DNA of 64,000 bases from Eubacteriales bacterium (lineage in GTDB: Bacteria > Bacillota > Clostridia > Oscillospirales > UMGS1783): NCBI GenBank assembly GCA_045595395.1, contig JAZOAH010000028.1:158897-222896 (forward strand), in the 5' to 3' direction. Below are positions 25,750-32,931 of the stretch, piece by piece. The stretch's first letter is position 1; the number at the start of each line of letters is the position of its first letter. A program made the translations under genes and the position numbers. The notes beneath the pieces are model-generated. The model made no database searches and was not told where the DNA came from. It worked only from the letters and a program-made list of their open reading frames with translations.

Positions 25750-26748
25750 ATGAAAAAAGCATTATCCCTGATCCTGGCACTGGCCCTGTGCATCGGCCTG
25801 TGCGTCGGCTGCGGCAGCAACTCGGATGCTCCCGCCATTCAGATCAATCCCGACAAAGAAAACTATGTTGTCGGCATCTGCCAGCTAGTCAGCCATGAAT
25901 CCCTTGATCAGGCTACGCTCGGCTTTAAGGATGCCTTGACCGAGGCGTTGGCCGCCGAAGGCCGCACCGTTGAGTTCAAAGAACAGAACGGTCAAGGCGA
26001 TTCCAACACCTGCACCACCATCGTCAACTCCTTTGTGGCCGATAAGGTCGACCTGATCATGGGCAATGCCACTGCTGCTCTCCAGGCCGCCTACAACGCC
26101 ACCGAGACCATCCCTGTGCTGGGCACCTCCATCACCGAGTACGGCGTAGCGCTCGAGATCAAAAACTTTAACGGACTTGTCGGCAGTAATGTGTCCGGCA
26201 CCTCCGATCTGGCTCCGCTGAATGAGCAGGCGCAGATGATGATCGACGTGCTGAAGTTGGAAGCCGGCGCTACCGTCGGTATCCTCTACTGCTCGGCCGA
26301 GGCCAACTCCAAGTATCAGTATGATGCCGTCAAGGCCTACCTCGAGGACAGACGCATGACCGTCAATGAATACAAATTCTCCGAATCCACCGAGCTGCAG
26401 AGCATCACGACCAAGGCCGCCGGCGAGTGCGATGCCATTTATATCCCTACCGACAACACCGTCGCTTCCAACGACGAGATCGTACGTAACGTCTGCGGCC
26501 CGGCCAATGTTCCTGTCTTCACCGGCTATGAGAGCGACATCTGCTTTGCCACGCTGGCCATCAGTTACTACAACATCGGCGCTGAAACCGGCAAGATGGC
26601 AGCCGAGATCCTGCTGGGCAAGTCGGACATCACCAAGATGGAGATCCGCTACGATGCCGCTCCCGTCAAGAAATACAACGCTGACATCTGTGCCGAGTTG
26701 GGCATCGATACCACTGCGCTGGATGCTGACGGCTTTGTCGCCCGCTAA
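25750..26748 (+). CDS. ABC transporter substrate-binding lipoprotein (COG2984 / ABC_sub_bind type)
   Basis: Lipobox LCVGC-G. The N-terminal VGICQLVSHESLDQATLGFKDAL block is typical of this family. Confidence 0.75.
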   Translation: MKKALSLILALALCIGLCVGCGSNSDAPAIQINPDKENYVVGICQLVSHESLDQATLGFKDALTEALAAEGRTVEFKEQNGQGDSNTCTTIVNSFVADKVDLIMGNATAALQAAYNATETIPVLGTSITEYGVALEIKNFNGLVGSNVSGTSDLAPLNEQAQMMIDVLKLEAGATVGILYCSAEANSKYQYDAVKAYLEDRRMTVNEYKFSESTELQSITTKAAGECDAIYIPTDNTVASNDEIVRNVCGPANVPVFTGYESDICFATLAISYYNIGAETGKMAAEILLGKSDITKMEIRYDAAPVKKYNADICAELGIDTTALDADGFVAR

Positions 26749-26762
26749 TCCGGAGGAACTAC

Positions 26763-27677
26763 ATGGGATTTCTTAACGCCTTACCCGGCGCCGTCGCCCA
26801 GGGCCTCATCTGGGGCATCATGGCCATCGGCCTATACATATCCTATAAAATTCTGGATATCGCCGATCTGACCGTCGACGGCTCGATCTGCACCGGTGCT
26901 TGCGTCTGCGCCATCTTGCTCACCAACGGTGTCAGCCCTTGGCTGTGCTTGATCGCCGCCTTTTTGGCCGGTGCGCTGGCCGGTGCATTCACCGGCATCT
27001 GCCACACCGTGATGGGCATCCCGGCCATTCTGTCGGGTATTTTGACCCAGCTGATCTTATGGTCGCTCAACCTCAAGGTTTTGGGGCAGTCCAACCTGTC
27101 CATCTCCTCTCGCAGTCACAAGGTTTTGCTGACTTCGCTCAACAACCCAACCGCCATCCTCATCGGCGCACTCTTTTGCGCCGGCATCATCCTGCTGCTC
27201 TTCCTCTTTTTCTATACCGAGATCGGGCTTTCGGTCAAGTCGACCGGCGACAATGCCGACATGAGCGAGGCGCAGGGCATCAACGTAAAGTTTAATAAGG
27301 TGCTGGGCTTGGCCATCTCCAACGGCATTGTGGCGCTGGCCGGTGCATTGCTTGCCCAGTATCAGGGCTTTGCCGACATCAACATGGGCCGTGGTGCCAT
27401 CGTCATTGGCCTGGCCGCCATCATCATAGGCCTGTCCATCTCAATGAAGATCAAGCCCAACTTTGTCGTCAGCCTCATCGGCGTGGTGGGCGGCAGCATT
27501 GCCTATTACCTGGTCTACTCCTTTGTCATTTGGCTGGGGCTGGACACCGACCTGCTCAAGATGCTCTCGGCCGTTGTGGTCACCATCTTCCTGGCTCTTC
27601 CCTATCTGAAAAAGGAATATTTCACCAAGGCCAAGCCGCCTGAGGATCTGAACAACGGAGGGAACGGCCATGCTTAA
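26763..27677 (+). CDS. ABC transporter permease (COG4120 type)
   Basis: 304 aa polytopic membrane protein, adjacent and co-oriented with the binding protein and ATPase. Confidence 0.75.
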   Translation: MGFLNALPGAVAQGLIWGIMAIGLYISYKILDIADLTVDGSICTGACVCAILLTNGVSPWLCLIAAFLAGALAGAFTGICHTVMGIPAILSGILTQLILWSLNLKVLGQSNLSISSRSHKVLLTSLNNPTAILIGALFCAGIILLLFLFFYTEIGLSVKSTGDNADMSEAQGINVKFNKVLGLAISNGIVALAGALLAQYQGFADINMGRGAIVIGLAAIIIGLSISMKIKPNFVVSLIGVVGGSIAYYLVYSFVIWLGLDTDLLKMLSAVVVTIFLALPYLKKEYFTKAKPPEDLNNGGNGHA

Positions 27678-28467
27678 GATCACCCATCTTTACAAGACCT
27701 TTAACCCCAATACCGTCAACGAAAAGCGGGCGTTGGCCAACCTCAATCTCCACCTTAAGGAGGGCGACTTTGTCACCGTCATCGGCGGCAACGGTGCCGG
27801 CAAGAGCACCATGCTCAACGCCATTTCGGGCGTGTGGAAGCCGGATTACGGCACCATTGAGATCGACGGGGTGGATGTGACCGGCATGCCGGCTTATAAG
27901 CGGGCCGCTCTGCTGTGCCGTGTCTTCCAGGATCCCATGAAGGGCACGGCGCCTGACATGGAGATCGCCGAAAATCTGGCCATTGCCGCCCGCCGTGGTA
28001 CCCGCCGTCGGCTGGTTTGGGGCTGCACCCGTAAAAACCGCGAAGAGTACAAGACGCTACTGGCCCAGTTGGATCTGGGGCTGGAGGAGCGCCTGTCCAC
28101 CAAGGTCGGGCTGCTTTCGGGCGGTCAACGCCAAGCGGTGACGCTGCTGATGGCCACGCTGAAAAATCCCAAGCTGCTGTTGCTGGACGAACACACGGCG
28201 GCGCTGGATCCCAAGACGGCGGCCAAGGTCCTGGAGATCACCGACAAACTGGTTACCGAAAATCGGCTGACCACCCTGATGATCACCCACAACATGCACG
28301 ACGCCATCGCCTACGGCAACCGACTGATCATGATGCATGAGGGGCAGATCGTGGTGGATATCGAGGGCGAGGCCAAAAAGGCGCTCACCATCGACCAGTT
28401 GCTGGCCCTGTTTGAGCAAAGCAGCGGCAGTAAATTTACCAGCGACAAAGAATTGTTATCCAAATAA
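27670..28467 (+). CDS. ABC transporter ATP-binding protein (COG1101 type)
   Basis: Walker A GGNGAGKST, signature LSGGQRQ, Walker B LLLLDEHTAALD. Overlaps the permease stop. Confidence 0.85.
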   Translation: MLKITHLYKTFNPNTVNEKRALANLNLHLKEGDFVTVIGGNGAGKSTMLNAISGVWKPDYGTIEIDGVDVTGMPAYKRAALLCRVFQDPMKGTAPDMEIAENLAIAARRGTRRRLVWGCTRKNREEYKTLLAQLDLGLEERLSTKVGLLSGGQRQAVTLLMATLKNPKLLLLDEHTAALDPKTAAKVLEITDKLVTENRLTTLMITHNMHDAIAYGNRLIMMHEGQIVVDIEGEAKKALTIDQLLALFEQSSGSKFTSDKELLSK

Positions 28468-28470
28468 GGC

Positions 28471-28504
28471 AAGAGAGCCATCTCACGATGGCTCTCTTTT
28501 TTTT
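28471..28504. terminator. terminator after ABC operon (convergent with bofA)
   Basis: aagagagccatc/gatggctctctt stem with loop tcac, then a T-run. Confidence 0.7.
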
Positions 28505-28748
28505 AGAACAAGCGAAGCAACAGCAATAAGGCCAGGCCAGGCAGGCCGAGAATGGTGCATAGGCCGACCGACACCACCGTGTAGCCCAGTTCGATGCCTA
28601 ACAGATTCACGCCGACCAATCCTAACAGGCCGGCAAGTATCGACAGCAGTACATGCCGTTTTTTGATCAGCAGCCACACCAAAAGACACAGCAGCAGGAT
28701 GCCGCCGATCACCAGTCCGATATAGAGTAAAATATCCGTCATTTTCAT
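28503..28748 (-). CDS. bofA: pro-sigmaK processing inhibitor BofA family protein
   Basis: About 81 aa, 2-3 TM helices, C-terminal GLCTILGLPGLALLLLL pattern like B. subtilis BofA. The start is ambiguous (28748 or 28742). Confidence 0.6.
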   Translation of the reverse strand: MKMTDILLYIGLVIGGILLLCLLVWLLIKKRHVLLSILAGLLGLVGVNLLGIELGYTVVSVGLCTILGLPGLALLLLLRLF

Positions 28749-28797
28749 CACCCGTTGCATTGTATGTTTGTCCGGCACATATTATGAAAAGGAGGTG

Positions 28798-29268
28798 ATG
28801 AAATTGTTTATTAAGACATTCCGGCTGCGGCGGCGGGCGGCTTTTTTGGTGGCGGCGGTGTTGGCCGCAGGGGTTGGGCTATTGGGGGCACAACTGCTTA
28901 CCGATGCGCCGACCGTGACCATATCGACGGCAGCGGTGACCGATAATGCCGGGCGCATCGCCTTTTTGGGTGGTTTCGGCTGGCAGGTCGAGGAAGAGCC
29001 GAGCGAGATCTTGGAGATCGTCATTCCTGCCGAGTTTGATACGGTTTATGAGCAATACAACCAATTACAAAAGCAGCAGGGCTATGACCTGTCACGTTGG
29101 CGGGGTAAAACGGCACGGCGGTACACCTATCGTATCCTCAATTATCCCAATGTGACAGAGGATGTCTTTGCCAATCTCATCCTGTGTGAGGGGCAGATCA
29201 TTGCCGGAGATGTGTCCTGTGTTGCGCTCAACGGTTTCATGCACGGATTCCTTTATGAGAGCCAATAA
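28798..29268 (+). CDS. DUF4830 domain protein (membrane-anchored)
   Basis: 156 aa from MKLFIK (ATG 28798 behind AAAAGGAGG). N-terminal TM helix and a C-terminal domain with QQGYDL...YRILNYP as recalled for DUF4830. Confidence 0.5.
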   Translation: MKLFIKTFRLRRRAAFLVAAVLAAGVGLLGAQLLTDAPTVTISTAAVTDNAGRIAFLGGFGWQVEEEPSEILEIVIPAEFDTVYEQYNQLQKQQGYDLSRWRGKTARRYTYRILNYPNVTEDVFANLILCEGQIIAGDVSCVALNGFMHGFLYESQ

Positions 29269-29292
29269 AAAGAGAAAAAATGGCAAATTTGC

Positions 29293-29322
29293 TTGACAAT
29301 TGGGGAATCAAGTGCTATTATG
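29293..29322 (+). promoter_or_regulatory. promoter of cold-shock gene
   Basis: TTGACA (29293..29298), 18 nt, TATTAT (29317..29322). Confidence 0.5.
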
Positions 29323-29351
29323 TTGGTGTATTCACGACACGGCACTCACAG

Positions 29352-29417
29352 CTCACATTAGTGTAAGTCCCCCTGTCCGAAAGGCTCGACTTACATGGAT
29401 GTGAGTTTTTTGTTTTT
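29352..29417 (+). promoter_or_regulatory. terminator-like hairpin inside csp 5' UTR
   Basis: CTCACA/TGTGAG and GTGTAAGTC/GACTTACAT stems (29352..29405) followed by TTTTTTGTTTTT. Located between the promoter and ATG 29459. Confidence 0.5.
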
Positions 29418-29458
29418 CCGGCGGAATACAACAACACTTTTTCCGGAGGTACGGGTAA

Positions 29459-29668
29459 ATGACCGGCACTGTCAAATGGTTCAATGCTGAAAAGGGTTAT
29501 GGATTTATTGCCAACGACGAAGGCGGCGAGGATGTCTTTGTTCATTTCTCGGCGATTCAGGTCGACGGCTTCAAGACTCTCAATGAGGGTCAGAAGGTTG
29601 CTTTTGAAACCGAGCAGGATCCCAAAAACGCCAGCAAATTGCGCGCTGTTAATGTGATTCCCCAGTAA
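29459..29668 (+). CDS. cold-shock protein (CspA family)
   Basis: 69 aa with RNP1 KGYGFI and RNP2 VFVHF motifs. Confidence 0.95.
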   Translation: MTGTVKWFNAEKGYGFIANDEGGEDVFVHFSAIQVDGFKTLNEGQKVAFETEQDPKNASKLRAVNVIPQ

Positions 29669-29682
29669 ATCGAACCTTACAT

Positions 29683-29719
29683 AAAAGGACGGAGCATTTT
29701 GCCCCGTCCTTTTATTTTT
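29683..29719 (+). terminator. rho-independent terminator after csp
   Basis: aaaaggacgg/ccgtcctttt stem, then ATTTTT. Confidence 0.65.
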
Positions 29720-30371
29720 ACAAGCTCAGCAAAAATCCCTCTAAGCGATCGGCAAGGATCTGCTGACCGGCATCGTTGGGATGCAGACCATCGGGCACAT
29801 ACTTTTCTTGAATGACCGGGATGCGTGGCTGCAGACCCGACATTTTGAATAGGTCGAGCACCGGCAAGGCCATATACTCGGCCGTGCGGCGGATGATATC
29901 GACATGTTCCGAAAGTTTGGCCACCGGCAGCGGCTTGCAGTCACCCGAAAGGCTGTCCTCGGTGCAGCGGTGCAAGGGGGTCATGATCACATACACGGCG
30001 TTGGAATTGTGCTCGATCAGGCTCTTCATAAAGCAGAAGCAGGCGCCGCAGAAGGTCTCGGGCGTGGTGTCACCCCACTGGCCGAAAGGCGCATCCCCGT
30101 GCCCGAAATCGTTGGTGCCGCCGAAGAATACGACGATCTCGGCATCACGAGGCAGATCCTTGATGCGGGACAGAAAATCTTTGTCAAAAGAAGGCGTTGC
30201 ACTCGGATGATTCTGAGGGGCGATGCGAGTGCCGGAGATGCCATCTACGTACAGATCCCAATGGTGCTTCTTGGCCAGGATGGCATGATAGAGCGCATCG
30301 GGGCCTGAGGTGCCGACACCCTCGGTGATGCCGTCACCCAGAACAGCAACTTTGCGATTTTTGAGTTCCAT
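29718..30371 (-). CDS. SGNH/GDSL hydrolase family protein
   Basis: 217 aa with VAVLGDGITEG (block I variant), GGTNDF and DGLHPN blocks. Confidence 0.7.
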   Translation of the reverse strand: MELKNRKVAVLGDGITEGVGTSGPDALYHAILAKKHHWDLYVDGISGTRIAPQNHPSATPSFDKDFLSRIKDLPRDAEIVVFFGGTNDFGHGDAPFGQWGDTTPETFCGACFCFMKSLIEHNSNAVYVIMTPLHRCTEDSLSGDCKPLPVAKLSEHVDIIRRTAEYMALPVLDLFKMSGLQPRIPVIQEKYVPDGLHPNDAGQQILADRLEGFLLSL

Positions 30372-30382
30372 GATTTTTCTCC

Positions 30383-30952
30383 TTAAAAGCGGATAACACC
30401 CAGGTGCTCCAACAATATTTTCAATCCGATCAGCACCAAAATGATGCCGCCCAACAACTGCGCCTTATTGGAAAACTTATGCCCGAACAGCGAGCCGACC
30501 TTTACACCTAATGCCGAGAGCACAAAGGTGGTCACACCGATCAGCCCGACTGCGCCAAACATCTCGGTCACATTCAGCAGCAGAGAGAAGGTGACGCCGA
30601 CGGCCAACGCATCAATACTGGTGGCAATAGCGGCCATGAGCATATCCATAGGCCTGAGCGATCCGCTCTCGGCTTCGGGGGCCCCGAAGCTGTCCCGGAT
30701 CATTTTGCCGCCGATAAAGCCAAGCAAGGCAAAGGCGATCCAATGATCGAAGGCGGTGATGTGATCCCGAAAGGCCGTACCCAGAAAATAGCCGATCAGC
30801 GGCATCAACGCCTGAAACAGGCCAAACCAGCCACCGACAATGGCCATCTTGCTCATCTTGACCCGACGCTCGCCCAGTCCCTTACAGATGGCGACAGCAA
30901 AGGCATCGGCACTCAAGCCGACGGCGATCAAAAAAAGTTCTGCAAAACCCAT
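30383..30952 (-). CDS. mntP: manganese efflux pump MntP
   Basis: 189 aa from MGFAELF. Duplicated DUF204 motifs LSADAFAV and TSIDALAVG. Confidence 0.8.
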   Translation of the reverse strand: MGFAELFLIAVGLSADAFAVAICKGLGERRVKMSKMAIVGGWFGLFQALMPLIGYFLGTAFRDHITAFDHWIAFALLGFIGGKMIRDSFGAPEAESGSLRPMDMLMAAIATSIDALAVGVTFSLLLNVTEMFGAVGLIGVTTFVLSALGVKVGSLFGHKFSNKAQLLGGIILVLIGLKILLEHLGVIRF

Positions 30953-30978
30953 CACGACACCTCTTTCATAATACAATT

Positions 30979-31007
30979 ATTATAGCGTTACGGCTTTGAT
31001 TCGTCAA
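30979..31007 (-). promoter_or_regulatory. promoter of mntP
   Basis: Minus strand TTGACG (31007..31002), 17 nt, TATAAT (30984..30979). The leader is too short for a riboswitch. Confidence 0.5.
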
Positions 31008-31027
31008 GGATAAGCATAGTCCAAGGA

Positions 31028-31056
31028 TTGACAAAGTTCGACATTTTGTATATCAT
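31028..31056 (+). promoter_or_regulatory. promoter of YwaF-like gene
   Basis: TTGACA (31028..31033), 17 nt, TATCAT (31051..31056). An AAGGAGG SD lies 7 nt before TTG 31079. Confidence 0.45.
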
Positions 31057-31078
31057 ACAGGTATAAGGAGGCGATCTT

Positions 31079-31876
31079 TTGGAGTTTCTTGATTTCTTTG
31101 AAGGGCGTGACTGGCTGGGGCGCGATCTGGATTCCTATCTCTATGCCCCTGAATATCTGATCTTTTTTGCCCTTGCCGTCATAACGGCCTTTGTTCTCCC
31201 CCTTGCCCTGCGAAAAAAGCAGCCATCAACCCTTAAGAAGGTGATGGTGGGACTGTGGCTGTTCCTGATCCTTTATGACGTATCAAAATTCATCCTCAGC
31301 TGGACCAGTACCGCCCTGCACGGCGATCCCTTTTATGTCGCCTCGGCTCTCCCCTTTCATGCCTGCTCGACCATCTGGTACTCGGCACCCATGGCCCTGC
31401 TGGCCAAAAAGGAGTCGACCCGCCGCGCCTGGAGTGCTTACCTGTGCTCGATCAATCTCTTCGGCGGTATTGTCGGTATGTTCTTGGGAACGGCCATGAT
31501 GCATCATTATTCCTTTGTTTCCTACTACGGGTCGCAAATGATGATCTATCATTCCCTGCTGATCATCATTCCCATGTTTATGCTGCTTACCGGCTATTAC
31601 AAGCCGCAGTGGCGTGATATTCTGCCCGGCTTTGGCGTGTTTGGCTTGATCGCTCTACCCACCTTTATCTTTGATACCATATTCCAATGCGATTATATGT
31701 ATATCTATGACGGCTCTACGCTGGAACCCTTCAAAGCCATCGCCGCTCAGATGCCGCACCGCCTTGTGTGGACGGTCATTGCCGTGGTCGGCTATTTCCT
31801 GCTCGTTGTCATCTTCCTCGGTGCCGCCATCCTCATCCGCAAAACGATAGAAAAAAAGAGAGTCACCAATCGGTGA
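31079..31876 (+). CDS. YwaF/TMEM164-like integral membrane protein (TIGR02206-like)
   Basis: 265 aa, about 7 TM helices, LPFHACS motif resembling the family LPLHLC block. TTG start. Confidence 0.5.
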   Translation: MEFLDFFEGRDWLGRDLDSYLYAPEYLIFFALAVITAFVLPLALRKKQPSTLKKVMVGLWLFLILYDVSKFILSWTSTALHGDPFYVASALPFHACSTIWYSAPMALLAKKESTRRAWSAYLCSINLFGGIVGMFLGTAMMHHYSFVSYYGSQMMIYHSLLIIIPMFMLLTGYYKPQWRDILPGFGVFGLIALPTFIFDTIFQCDYMYIYDGSTLEPFKAIAAQMPHRLVWTVIAVVGYFLLVVIFLGAAILIRKTIEKKRVTNR

Positions 31877-31885
31877 CTCTTTCTT

Positions 31886-32869
31886 TTACAGGACAAACTG
31901 GAAGGCACAGAAGGCGGCATACACCATCAGCAACAGGATGCCCTGCCAGCGTGAAAGTTTGCCTCGAATGAGCGCCGGCAAGGTCAGCACCGCCATTACC
32001 ATCACCATCAGCGGCATATCAATGACCAGCGATGCGTTCTGTCCGGCCACCAGCTTTTCGGCCGGCACGGCAAAGGGGGACAGGGTGGTCGACAGACCGC
32101 TGACCAGCACCAGATTAAAGACATTGGCGCCGATGACATTCCCCAACGACAAGGCGCCATGGCCCTTGACCAGGGCGGTAACGGCCGTGACCAGTTCGGG
32201 CAGCGAAGTGCCCAGCGCCACAAAGGTCAGCGCAATGACCGTTTCGGGCACGCCCAGCGCCTCGGCAATGATCGTGCCGTTATTGACCAGCAGATTGGCA
32301 CCTACGGCAATAAAGGCCGCCCCAACGACCAGCCCGGCCAGATCCTTCCACAGCGGCCGAGGCGTTTCTGTCTTGGCTCGTTCCTGCTCTTCAGGGGTGA
32401 TGATGTCCATCTCCCGTTTGGCCTGCATAATGTTGACGGTCATATAGATCGAAAACAGTGCCAGCAGGATCAGGCCCACCCAAACGGTAAACTGCCCCAG
32501 CAGATAGGCGGCCACCATATAGACGGCGGCGGCTATAAAGAAGAAGATAACCGGCATGCGTAGCGATTTTTTATCAACAGCCTGAGGCCGAATGGCAATA
32601 GTCAGTGCCGCAATCAGGGCCGTATTGCAGATGATCGAGCCGATAGCATTGCCATAGGCCATCTCGCCATGGCCCGACACGGCCGCCTGGGCCGACACCA
32701 TGACCTCAGGAAGGGTCGTCCCAATAGACACAACGGTGGCACCGATGAGCAGTTCGGGCACGCCGAAGCGGTGAGCCAGGCCGGTTGCTCCGTCGACAAA
32801 CCAGTCGCCGCCTTTAATCAGCAATAATAATCCTAACATAAACAACAAAATCGGGATCCACATAACCAT
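31886..32869 (-). CDS. calcium/sodium antiporter (CaCA family, YrbG-like)
   Basis: 327 aa with duplicated alpha-repeat motifs GATVVSIGTTLPE and GTSLPELVT. Confidence 0.85.
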   Translation of the reverse strand: MVMWIPILLFMLGLLLLIKGGDWFVDGATGLAHRFGVPELLIGATVVSIGTTLPEVMVSAQAAVSGHGEMAYGNAIGSIICNTALIAALTIAIRPQAVDKKSLRMPVIFFFIAAAVYMVAAYLLGQFTVWVGLILLALFSIYMTVNIMQAKREMDIITPEEQERAKTETPRPLWKDLAGLVVGAAFIAVGANLLVNNGTIIAEALGVPETVIALTFVALGTSLPELVTAVTALVKGHGALSLGNVIGANVFNLVLVSGLSTTLSPFAVPAEKLVAGQNASLVIDMPLMVMVMAVLTLPALIRGKLSRWQGILLLMVYAAFCAFQFVL

Positions 32870-32891
32870 TCTCCTCTAGCCTATTACACTC

Positions 32892-32920
32892 ATTATAGTA
32901 TGCCCCCGTTTATTCGTCAA
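32892..32920 (-). promoter_or_regulatory. promoter of Ca/Na antiporter gene
   Basis: Minus strand TTGACG (32920..32915), 17 nt, TATAAT (32897..32892). It directly follows the glgB terminator hairpin aagccgctc/gagcggctt. Confidence 0.5.
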
Positions 32921-32931
32921 GAATAAGCCGC

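Noticed and set aside
30953-31078. Looked for a yybP-ykoY manganese riboswitch upstream of mntP
   Set aside because: A TTGACG/TATAAT promoter sits only about 25 nt upstream of the start codon. That leaves no room for the roughly 100-nt aptamer, and none of its conserved blocks are visible.
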